The notes beneath the pieces are model-generated. The model saw only the letters and a list, made by a program, of their open reading frames with translations, was not told the origin of the DNA and did not search any database. Positions 49,101 to 59,163 of a stretch of DNA of 64,000 nt are shown in pieces. Origin of the DNA: Oikopleura dioica (Eukaryota; Animalia; Chordata); the NCBI GenBank assembly GCA_907165135.1, contig OU015568.1, positions 8,370,001-8,434,000 of the forward strand. Direction: 5' to 3'. The first letter of the stretch is position 1. Every line of letters starts with the position of its first letter. Made by a program: the position numbers and the translations under genes.

Positions 49101-51528
49101 ACGGCCCGAAGGGCCGTCAAGCCCTTAAAATTAAAAGTCAAGGAACGGGGCTGAAACGGCCCGAAGGGCCGTCAAGCCCTTAAAATTAAAAGTCAAGGAA
49201 CGGGGCTGAAACGGCCCGAAGGGCCGTCAAGCCTCTTAAAATTAAAAGTCAAGGAACGGGGCTGAAACGGCCCGAAGGGCCGTCAAGCCCTTAAAATTAA
49301 AAGTCAAGGAACGGGGCTGAAACGGCCCGAAGGGCCGTCAAGCCCCTTAAAATTAAAAGTCAAGGAACGGGGCTGAAACGGCCCGAAGGGCCGTCAAGCC
49401 CCTTAAAATTAAAAGTCAAGGAACGGGGCTGAAACGGCCCGAAGGGCCGTCAAGCCCCTTAAAATTAAAAGTCAAGGAACGGGGCTGAAACGGCCCGAAG
49501 GGCCGTCAAGCCCCTTAAAATTAAAAGTCAAGGAACGGGGCTGAAACGGCCCGAAGGGCCGTCAAGCCCTTAAAATTAAAAGTCAAGGAACGGGGCTAAA
49601 ACGGCCCGAAGGGCCGTCAAGCCCCTTAAAATTAAAAGTCAAGGAACGGGGCTGAAACGGCCCGAAGGGCCGTCAAGCCCCTTAAAATTAAAAGTCAAGG
49701 AACGGGGCTGAAACGGCCCGAAGGGCCGTCAAGCCCTTAAAATTAAAAGTCAAGGAACGGGGCTGAAACGGCCCGAAGGGCCGTCAAGCCCCTTAAAATT
49801 AAAAGTCAAGGAACGGGGCTGAAACGGCCCAAAGGGCCGTCAAGCCCCTTAAAATTAAAAGTCAAGGAACGGGGCTGAAACGGCCCGAAGGGCCGTCAAG
49901 CCCTTAAAATTAAAAGTCAAGGAACGGGGCTGAAACGGCCCGAAGGGCCGTCAAGCCCCTTAAAATTAAAAGTCAAGGAACGGGGCTGAAACGGCCCGAA
50001 GGGCCGTCAAGCCCTTAAAATTAAAAGTCAAGGAACGGGGCTGAAACGGCCCGAAGGGCCGTCAAGCCCTTAAAATTAAAAGTCAAGGAACGGGGCTGAA
50101 ACGGCCCGAAGGGCCGTCAAGCCCTTAAAATTAAAAGTCAAGGAACGGGGCTGAAACGGCCCGAAGGGCCGTCAAGCCCCTTAAAATTAAAAGTCAAGGA
50201 ACGGGGCTGAAACGGCCCGAAGGGCCGTCAAGCCCCTTAAAATTAAAAGTCAAGGAACGGGGCTGAAACGGCCCGAAGAACACCATATATGGTGCATCCT
50301 CTATTGTAGCGCCGAACCATTTTTGGTTTTCATTATTTTATCAAAAGTTTTCATCGGGCGAGATCAGAGCTCGGCAGATGGCAAGAACTTGATGGAGATT
50401 TTCGTCGACGTGGAAGGTCTGATTCTATATTTGTAAAAGAAGAGGTTGAAAAACTGATAGCGCAGTTTTGTTCAGCTCGTTGAGACGAGTCGAATGGTGG
50501 GTCTAACACTTGATAACTCCAAGGATTGACCGATTTTTTATTTGTTGGAAAAGGCGAAATTGGGGAGACATGGATGAAATGACTCAAGATCATTTTCATG
50601 ATGAAAATGGGCCAAACTTATTTTGTGGTGCCGTATTTCGACCCCGTTTAGTCGCTGCCCTTTCCTTTCCGAAATTTTCATTTTGAAAATGGGATGAGCT
50701 TTATTTCCAGCGCCTGATTTCGAGGCCGTTTTGTCGCTGCGCGTTCCTGTTTTCGTCTCAAATTTCAGCCGATTTTTAATCACCAAACACCATCAAATAA
50801 ATATGCATTTTACCGGCGATTCCCTAATCAAAAACACAAATAAAAACACATGAAGTTCAGGCCTGGAGTGATATATTTATCAGAAAAATTTGAAATTCCA
50901 TGCACGGATGAGTCAGAAACTGCGCGCAAAGTTTTGCTATTTTTAGACACTAAATGAGCAATAACTTCCATTATACTGACTCAAATTCCATGAAATCTAT
51001 ATCAAAATGCTTCTTTTTCTCACTTAACAAGATCGACTTGAAAATTCAAAAAATTTTTTGCCATGTCACAAAATTTTGAAACTTCCCTAAGCGAGAGAGC
51101 CCAACCTACTCGCCCACGCAATTTACCTCAGCCCTTCCTCTCCCGATTTGAATCCTAGGTCCATCGTGTTTTCTTTGTCCACGGAAATATCTTTTGCAGC
51201 AGAGTTATTGGCGGACGAGTTAGAGGTGTAATCATCGAATTCTAGCGCAATCAGTGATTAGTAAAAATCAACTCAAGTCAATCAAGCATTTTATGGATGA
51301 TCGAAAAATGATTGTTTCTCAAAATAGTTCAATTTTGTTTGAATATATTTTGAAATCAAAACCCAAAAAAGACTCACCTTTGACCTCATTTTTCGGCGCG
51401 AAAGAAACTCGTGACTTTCTTCTCTCGGATCGCCGGACAGGTCCGTTTACTTCCGACTTGAGAACGCTTTTTCGCGGCTTTTTCCTCTGACCTGTCCGGG
51501 GACTGCTGGCAGCTCTCTTCTCCGACAT
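37171..51528 (-). CDS. KNL1: Kinetochore scaffold KNL1/Spc105; exon 2 interrupted by a 10.76 kb composite transposon
   Basis: N-terminal RKSVLKS and RRKSRVSFAPKNEVKEF (SILK/RVSF motifs); disordered region with M[DE]xT-like repeats; coiled coil (38098-38358); C-terminal domain consistent with RWD. The frame is continuous across the empty site (KENTMD-QESPSMF). Confidence 0.8.
40459..41731. mobile_element. MULE-type MITE (1273 bp) inserted in the left TIR of the outer element
   Basis: Termini GAGAGAGGCGATTTTCTGGCAG, inverted arms ~330-360 bp; 9-bp TSD TGTAGGTTT at 40450-40458 and 41732-41740. Confidence 0.92.
42035..45158 (+). mobile_element. Putatively autonomous Mutator-like (MULE) transposon, 3124 bp
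   Basis: Imperfect TIRs GGT.GTA.G.GGTCATGTGGGTAC with arrays of the palindrome GTGGGTACnnGTACCCAC; TSD CCCTGAAA at 42027-42034 and 45159-45166 (extendable to 9-10 bp); encodes a transposase. Confidence 0.88.
42315..44528 (+). CDS. MULE DDE transposase with FLYWCH-like Zn finger; exons 42315-42386, 42429-43404, 43645-44528 (643 aa)
   Basis: GT-AG introns join one stop-free frame of 1932 nt; motifs QADGT...FDQL, TDSE...CFFH, TSNVVERFN; LVIDDG...YQC...C...HTC. Confidence 0.85.
45252..51087. mobile_element. PIF/Harbinger-type foldback element (5836 bp) inserted in the right TIR of the outer element
   Basis: GGG...CCC termini, TAA TSD (45249-45251, 51088-51090); near-identical ~815 bp inverted arms 45252-46068 and 50276-51087; no transposase. 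Confidence 0.88.
46344..50278. repeat. Minisatellite 2, ~70 copies of a 55-56 bp unit with the same hairpin core as minisatellite 1
   Basis: Unit GAAACGGCCCGAAGGGCCGTCAAGCCC(C)TTAAAATTAAAAGTCAAGGAACGGGGCT. Confidence 0.97.
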
Positions 51529-51975
51529 ATCCGCTTCACTCTGCAAATTTGCCTCAATTTTCTGAAAATAAAAATCTCAAGTCTGGTGCCAAGGCGGAGC
51601 GAAAAAGCAGAATTCAAACGACTCTCTTAAAATGGCGCGCGCTGATTGGCTGCGACGCTGAACTTGGCGCACACTTTGCGATTTCTCTTGTTCTCGCGAT
51701 ATTATCTAAAAAGCAGGAAAACGGTTTGAACCTGAAGATTGTCTGGCCGTTTATCGATACATCAAATTTCCAGAATATTCTAGAAAATGCTTCTTTGAAA
51801 AAATCATTGAACATTCTCTTTTATGGCCGAAAACTCAACTTTCAGACACAAACCGAAATTAAAACTCATCATTATTTCACTAAACATCTTTTCTCAATTC
51901 TTTCCACTTCTCTCTACCCTGATTGGCCGGCTTCATCATCTCTAAATTTTCCTAATTTTCAGAAATCGTCGAAAA

Positions 51976-54632
51976 ATGGCGAGTAAAAGAGCATTCCTTC
52001 AAGAAAACCTGGAAGAGGAGCAAGAAGAATCATCTCAAAAACGACTCTTTGAAGAACCGACCCCAGAAATTCAAACCTCAAAAAAGGGTGGAAAAGAAAA
52101 TGAAAAAGATAGATTTGGACCGACTCCGGTTCCGAGTGGAAAAGAATTTCTCAGAGACGAAAATAAGGTTCAAATGAGAACTGCTCATATAAGGTACCTT
52201 TGTCCTTTCGTTTTTCGCTTCATCCTTTTTTTCTTCAGGCTACAGAAAGACTTGAAAACGATCAACAAACGGGCGAAAAATGCGTCGCAAAAGGCCGAAA
52301 TGCTGAAAATTCTTGAGCCGACAGAACATGGAGCGATGAAGAAAACGGGCAAAATCTATTCTCAGAAAGATATTCTAAAAGTGGCGGATGTCCAGACGAT
52401 GCAGAAGAAGTTCTCGCTCGATTTGGACATGGGCCCGTATATTGCTCGATACGACGCTAGGTAAACCTTGAAAAAGGCTCTTCCCACCCTTATTATCTCT
52501 ATTCTAGCGGAAGACATCTTCTCCTGGCTGGAGAGCTTGGTCACGTGGCCATGATCGATCATTACACAAAAATGCCAAAATGCGAGTTTTCCGTAAAAGA
52601 AAAGATTTCGGTCGGCTCATTTTTTGCCTTCTTTTTCTGAATTCAAATTTCTAGGACGCGATTTTCCTCCAAAATGAAAAGCTAATGGCCGTAGCGCAGA
52701 AAAAGTGGACTTATGTTTACGATAATCAGGGGACAGAAATTCACTGTTTGAAGAAAACGGATAGAGTGAACAAGATGAATTACTTGCCCTATCATTTTCT
52801 ACTCGCTTCAATTAACAGACTAAGTTAGAAAATGCCAAGAAGATCACCTTTATTCATAATTTGCTTTAGATTATCTCTCCTACATCGACATATCAATCGG
52901 AAAAGAAATCTACTGCAAGCGAGTGAGCGAAGAAGGAAGTCTAAATGTCATTTGCAACAATCGAACGAACGGGATCATCCATCTTGGCCACACGACGGGA
53001 ACTGTCACTCTTTGGTCGCCAAATAGCGAGAAATTCGTTGCAAAGATGTTGTGCCACAAAGTAAGCTTTTCCTTTTTTTCTGATCATCAGCTTCGAATTT
53101 TAGAGTAATGTTATTTCCACGGCTGTTTCAAGCGACGGAAAATATATGGCGACTTCAAGTCAAGACGCGTCGCTGAAAATTTGGGATTTGCGAACTTGGA
53201 AGTGTTTGAGCACGAAAAGATTGCCTCGAGGAGCGCATCAGCTACAGTACTCGCAGAGAGGATTGCTGGCGGCTTCGTTTGCCAATGTTGTGGAATTGTG
53301 GAAACGTAAGTTACTAAGAGAGAAAAGTGTGGTTGATCTAGGCTGGTTCGATCTTGTATCAGATTTTGCGCCCCGCTGAGGGAGGTCAAGTGTAGCGCCC
53401 TCTTTTGGCCATAGTTGTTCATTAAACATAGGTTTCTATGCTTTTACAAACAAAGATATGAAAATTTTTGAAATGCATCACGAGCATGTGGGGTGTCGTC
53501 ATCGTCAGTAACGACTGTTACTTGTATGAAAAAATAAATAAAATCTTGATCAATATTTCTGACTTATTTGATTTTGCAGATCCTTGGGAAGAAGAATGCA
53601 CACAGCCAATAATGCAGTACAAAACGGCTCTCACTCCAACCACCCTTGATTTCTGTCCGTACGAAGACGTGCTCGGAATCGGCTCCAAAAAGGGCTTCGA
53701 AAGCATCCTCGCTCCTGGAGCGGGAGAACCAAATCCAGACAGCTGGCAGTACAACCCCTTCCAGACTAAAAAGCAGCGGGCGGAGACGGAAGTTAGAATG
53801 TTACTGGAAAAGGCGCCGGCGGATACGATTTGTTTGGATCCGAACTTGCTGGCGAAATTGGACGAAAGCGCTGCTCAGGGTGGCTATTTTGGATTTGGGG
53901 GTTAGTTGGAATTGGATTGGATCCAATCCAATAAGGTTTGGATGGAATTTGGATGGCCAGGGTACCGGATTTTGTTGGGAAAAATTGGGCAATTGGGGGA
54001 AATTGGGGAATTGGATCCAATAAAAAATATATCGCTAAACTATGCAAAGAAGGGTCATTTTCATGATTAAAATGAACAATTTCGGATAAAAAATCATTGT
54101 TTTGACTCTGTTGATCCTCCTTTCGGATAAAAACTAACTGTTTCGCTTCTTTTCAAAGTACTAAAAGCCTTGGAAAAATTGGAAATCCAATTGGATCTAA
54201 TTGGAATTGGGGATTTTTGGGGAATTGGGTAATAATTGGATTGGGTTGGATTTTGGATGGATAGCTTGGAGTCAAAATTTATTGGATGGAAATTGGATGG
54301 CCAGACCCCAAAATTTTGTCCAAAATAGCCACCCTGGCGCTGCTCAAGGTAGTTTCTCAATGATTCTCGGAGTTTCTGACTTTTGAATTTCAGAATTCGA
54401 CGAAGAACAATTGAAACGAGTTGGATTCAAGCGGGATAGAAAGTTCGAACCTCGAGTACGAAAGCGAGGAAAAGGCAAAACCGGAGCGAAGGAAGCAAGA
54501 AAGTCGAAAATGCGAGAAGCTGCGTTCAAGAAGCATTTGCTGGCAAAGAGGGAAAAAGAAAGCAAACAGACGATCGTCAAAAAGGAGCAGGCGAAGAATG
54601 TTCTGGCCAGATTCATGAAGAAAGACAACTGA
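51976..54632 (+). CDS. WDR46: WD-repeat protein WDR46/Utp7 (SSU processome)
   Basis: KAEMLKILEPTE; KKFSLDLDMGPY; IIHLGHTTGTVTLWSPN; FCPYEDVLGIG...PGAGEPNPD...NPFQTKKQRAETEVRMLLEK (BING4CT-like). Confidence 0.93.
53876..54336. mobile_element. hAT MITE (461 bp) inserted 4 nt before the end of a WDR46 coding exon
   Basis: Perfect TIR CAGGGTGGCTATTTTGGA / TCCAAAATAGCCACCCTG; 8-bp TSD GCGCTGCT at 53868-53875 and 54337-54344; internal TTGGA repeats. Confidence 0.95.
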
Positions 54633-54764
54633 AAGAAATGACTGTTTTTCTGTTCTGTTCTTTTGAATTAATTCAATAAATTGAATGCAGAAAAGAATGA
54701 AAAAGAAAACTTCATATGATTTTATCACTCAAACTTTTTTTAAAGATCTTGATTGGGTCCAAAA

Positions 54765-55121
54765 ATGCTCGAAAAGTACGAAAAAGCGTGGAATTTCGGC
54801 GTTCAAAAGCGGAAAAAGCCCGAGACTCCCGAAAACTCAGACTCCGAAACCTCCGAAAATGAGAATGATTTGCCTGAGAAGCCCGAAAAAGCGCCAAAAG
54901 AAAAAGTATCGATGGCTGCTCACATGACTAGGCCGCTTGAAAGTCAAGAGTTGTTGCTGCTCTTGTGTTTGATTCTTCTGATAGCTATTTTTCTGTTTGT
55001 ATTTTTTAACCCCGATTTGATGGAAAATCCGCTCAAAGAGGATCGTCAGAAATCTCAATTACCGACCCTTCCGGAATCCGAACCTGACTCGCTCTATGAA
55101 AACTTGCAACAGAACTTGTAG
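54765..55121 (+). CDS. Small single-TM protein of unknown function (118 aa)
   Basis: ATG-initiated ORF with an acidic N-terminal half and the hydrophobic stretch LLLLLCLILLIAIFLFVFF, between WDR46 and TSSC4. Confidence 0.5.
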   Translation: MLEKYEKAWNFGVQKRKKPETPENSDSETSENENDLPEKPEKAPKEKVSMAAHMTRPLESQELLLLLCLILLIAIFLFVFFNPDLMENPLKEDRQKSQLPTLPESEPDSLYENLQQNL

Positions 55122-55170
55122 AATAGAAATAATGCTGGTGACGATTTTCAACCTTTTTTCTTTTCAGAAT

Positions 55171-55949
55171 ATGGCCGACACAGAGACAAAATCATCAGAA
55201 TACAATTCTAAGAAATCTGCACTAGAATCCGCTTTCGACGCAGCAATCTCATCTGGTTCAAAGACCAGACTGGGCGTCAGAGAAGCCCCGTCCTTGGAAG
55301 GTCAGTGAAAGGTCAAAAGTACAGCGAATGTGAATTTCTGACTAGAACTGGACAGATTTTCAAAGAAAGAGTGCCGCTCAATCAAGGAGCACCAGTTCGA
55401 GAGGCCGAATTCGAGACCTTGCAGAAAGCGCCGCGCTCCGCGAATTCCATCTCACATCAAAAATCCCGAAAAATTCAAAAAGGTACTTTTTTCCGTCGCC
55501 GTTGTATTCACATGCTTTTAGTATGACTTGAGCGATGTATCTTTGAGCTCATCACAAGATAATAAAAAAGCAGCTTTATCTTTTCTCGCTGAAATGCGCG
55601 ATAGAAAGGAGCCGAAGGAAGATCCCTACGACGAAGAACGCGATGGAAAGCTCGTTTTCAAGAAACCCACACTTTCTTCAAAGAACAAATCAAAATCAAC
55701 CTCAAAGTCAAAGACATCCAAGACTTCAGGTAAATTAGTGTTTAGCAAACTTATGCCTATTTTTCAGATCGACAAGGTGCAGAAATCACGCATTTTGAAC
55801 ACGACTGGCGAGAAGAACTGGAGGCGAAAGCTGCCTCAAGTCTCGTCGAAAAATCAATCGAAAGCAATGAAACTCCCGAGAAAACGACTTTTGCCAAGAA
55901 AACTCGACGGAAAAACATTCGAAAACGGACTGAATCTGACGATGAATAG
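55171..55949 (+). CDS. TSSC4: TSSC4 (U5 snRNP chaperone)
   Basis: Spliced PSHIKNPEKFKK-YDLSDV...DNKKAALSFL matches the TSSC4 signature. Confidence 0.8.
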
Positions 55950-56010
55950 TTTAATAAATAATGACGATATTTTTTGAAATATTTTTATTCGAAAATGATT
56001 GAGAAACTTT

Positions 56011-57136
56011 CTACACTTTTGTTTTCTTTCGCAGTGTTCTCGGATAAAAGTAATTTCCTTTTCCAGTGACAACGTCAAATTTCATTTCTTCTTCGTTAGC
56101 TTCAATCAGCTTAAATTATTGGTTACTGATTGTTTCGACAAAATAATTACCAAAATAGCAAGTCGTTCACCCTTCAGAACTGAGAAGTAATCGAAGTCAG
56201 CTTGAGGATTCAGTTCGTGGTTCATATTTTTCAGGGAAATGTTGATTGCCTTGCCCATCCCAGTGACGAAGTAATGGATCCTTTTGCCCAGGAAGTGTTG
56301 CATATTGTGGTCGTGTCCGCAGATGTAAGCATCAGCATGATGTTTTTCCAGTAGAGGCTTAAAACTTTGTAATCATAAGCCATTAAACGAAGGCTACCTG
56401 TAAATATCGAATGATCTTTTCGGTTGGCCCGTGATTTCCGACGCTGTAGATTGGATGGTGACCGCCGACGATGCAGTAATCAGCGTAGCAGTTTTCAAGC
56501 TCTTTGTCGATCCACTGATTCTGTTCTTCTTGATAGTCTCGATCTGGGTATTCAGGAAGTTTCTTCACGTTTCCCATCATGATTTCCGTGTCAATCATCA
56601 TGATTTTGACGCTGAACTTTGGCTTCTCAATCTAAAACCCGTTTTCAGAACCCAGAAGTATTGTTGAGTCATACCGTGAAGGAGTACCATAAATCCGGAA
56701 ACTTGAAATTTGTCTCTCTTTGATGTGAATAAATAACCTGAAAACTGCGTTTTGGGCAGTTGGGTTACCGTCTGACCTGCGCTGTAGCATTTCGCCTGTG
56801 ATCATGATTCCCAAGACATTGGTAAAAGTCTAGATTTTTGATGTTTTCTCTTTCGGACGCGAACCCGTAGATATTCTCATAAGTTCCATTGAATCTGATA
56901 TCATCGATGTTGTAAACTCCATCCCAATAAAAATTGTCTCCGAGGGAAAGCATGAAGTCACAATCTCTCTCGCCGCAGAGTTTATCCATGCTTGCTGCTC
57001 CCCATTCTTGGGAATAACGGTTTCCTCCTGGATAAATGACTGGGATAGGATCGGCTCCGCCCCAATCGCCTATTGCCGGAAAGCGGACGTAATCGTCTGA
57101 TGCAAAAACAAGTGATAAGAGAGAGAAAGCTCTCAT
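56011..57136 (-). CDS. ACP5: Tartrate-resistant (purple) acid phosphatase
   Basis: GDWG, LGDNFY, LGNHDH, GHHP and CGHDH metal-ligand motifs; signal peptide. Confidence 0.93.
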
Positions 57137-57286
57137 TTTCTCAATTTTTGGACAAAACTGATCGGTTTTTTCATCGAGTGTCGAGCACCTGACATATTCT
57201 CATGAATTCCAAAGTTACCCATGAAGTCACAAATCAGTCTGGAATAAACTAACAGCCAACTTTGACCTTCTTCAGTTAGAAAAATA

Positions 57287-59163
57287 ATGGAACGCCGGTG
57301 AGAAAAAATCATAGAGGACAGATATCAATTGTTTTTGGGATTTTATGCAAATCTTTCCATTTTTCTCTAGAATACGGTCCCGTTGTTGTTCTGCGGGACA
57401 ATGTCCGCGAAGCCCTCTTCAGTTCGAAAATAGCCAACCCGCCTGCAATGCCTACCAGGAAAGTGATGAGAATTTGACTTTTAGATTTAATTTTTTTTGA
57501 AATCAAGACAGAAGGTTTCCCTCTTTAGTTTTTTTCTAAGATTTTGATCATGAGAAAATGATCATGCTACTGTAGATCGATTTCTTCTGCGGATAAAACT
57601 GAAAAGATTTCTCATCCCAAAAAAAGGGTTCCCCTCCGGAACAAGGTGCGTGCGCGATGCCTAGAAGATCGTTATTACGAAGCCGCAAAGAAAATTCAAG
57701 TCTATGTCAATGGAGATCAGCATAAACGACCAAAGCTGTTCACAGTGCCCAAGAGCAAGGTCAAGGTTCTCACTTTTTAACCCTCGCCGTGTAACATGGT
57801 CAATTTTTAGGGCCCAGAAGCAATGGAAGTTTTTATGACACAAATGACAGATTCTTTGCGCAATAATTTTCATCTACGTTCTGCGATCAGGCATTTATTT
57901 ACACCAGAGGGCGGCACCCGCATCAAGAAACTGGAGCAACTCAAGGATAGAGGCGTATACATCGCATCAACTAAGGTAATCAGCGGATATAAGACCAAGA
58001 AGCTGATATTTTTCCTAGGCTAAATTGGAGAAGGCAGATTATTCAAAGAACCACAGCCCCCCAAAGAAGCCCCGACTGCGAAACATCCACACTACTTACT
58101 CAAAACTGCGTCGAGACTCAGAGATCTATGTCAAGCCCGTCAAGCACTGGGATAAGGCTGCTGAGCATTACAGGAAGACGCCTACCGATCTTCGCTCGCA
58201 CTACAAGGATAGTCTTTCCTACTATCAGACTATCAAGGTAAAACTCAATTCTAAAGCCCAATCTAACGACTTTCAACTAGGAGAGCACGAAGCCTCACAT
58301 CAAAACTCTCTACATCTTCGCCAATGGAGACACTCACCGATACTACTCCGTCATTCTCCGCGGAAAGCTCGCCAGCGATGAGAAGGATACCGAGTGCTTC
58401 CAGAAGATTTTGAACCAAATCTCGACCACCGTTGGTCGAGCCCAGACCCGAGATCGAGGATCTCTTGCCGTCCGACGACTTTACAACCTTGACGTAAGTT
58501 TTAATCAATGAACTCTTTTCTCAACTCATTTCAGGGCAAACGAGTGAAGACCCAGCGAGGATTGCACGATGGCATGGCCTACATCTGCGTGGGAGATACG
58601 AAGCTCAAACGACTTCCGTATGGAAGCGAGCATTCGATGAACCCCCAATGGAAGTCTACTATCAAGCCAATGCGAACGACTAGCGGCGCTATTAGGTAAA
58701 GATAAAGCGATCTTATTATTCTAATAATCTTTTCAGCGTGATGGGAGACAGCCCAAGAACACCACGAACTCCCTACCCGGACTCTCCCTTGCCCCCGATC
58801 AAGACGCCTGTCCCCCAGATGGCTACGCGAACGATGAACTCCCCGCGCCCGCTCAAGACACCAGTTCAGCCGTCGGCGAAGACCACCTATGCTGAAGCCC
58901 CTGTTCCCAAGAAGGCGAACTCGCGCACACCAAAAGCATTGAAGGCACCAAACAAGGGAATTCCAAAGGGCATCGCAAGCAACATGCCCATCATCAAGAA
59001 GAAATCTAACCCAAAAGTCGGCTCCAAGCATCAGATTCTCCCCGACTTGAACCAGATGAGAACCGAAGCGGAGGAATTTGACGCCTCCCAAATTGAAACC
59101 GCAGATGAGCAAACCTCATCAAGGGTATCGGTAGGACAAGACAATTTCAATGAGGAAGAATGA
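57287..59163 (+). CDS. Tandem doublecortin-domain protein (DCDC2-like)
   Basis: KKIQVYVNGD...IRHLFTPEGGTRIKKLEQLKDRGVYIA and KTLYIFANGD...VRRLYNLDGKRV...LHDGMAYICVG; Pro-rich tail. Confidence 0.85.

Larger units (their letters stand above)
40402..51158. mobile_element. CTAGG-terminated MITE (~504 bp when emptied) carrying three nested elements, 10,757 bp in total
   Basis: TIR CTAGGATTCAAATC.GGAGAGGAAGGGCTGAGGTAAATTGCG (~85 bp after removing insertions); 8-bp TSD GTCCATCG at 40394-40401 and 51159-51166. Confidence 0.92.

Noticed and set aside
53646-54386. Trp/Gly-rich ORFs within WDR46
   Set aside because: They are translations of the TTGGA repeats of the inserted hAT MITE.
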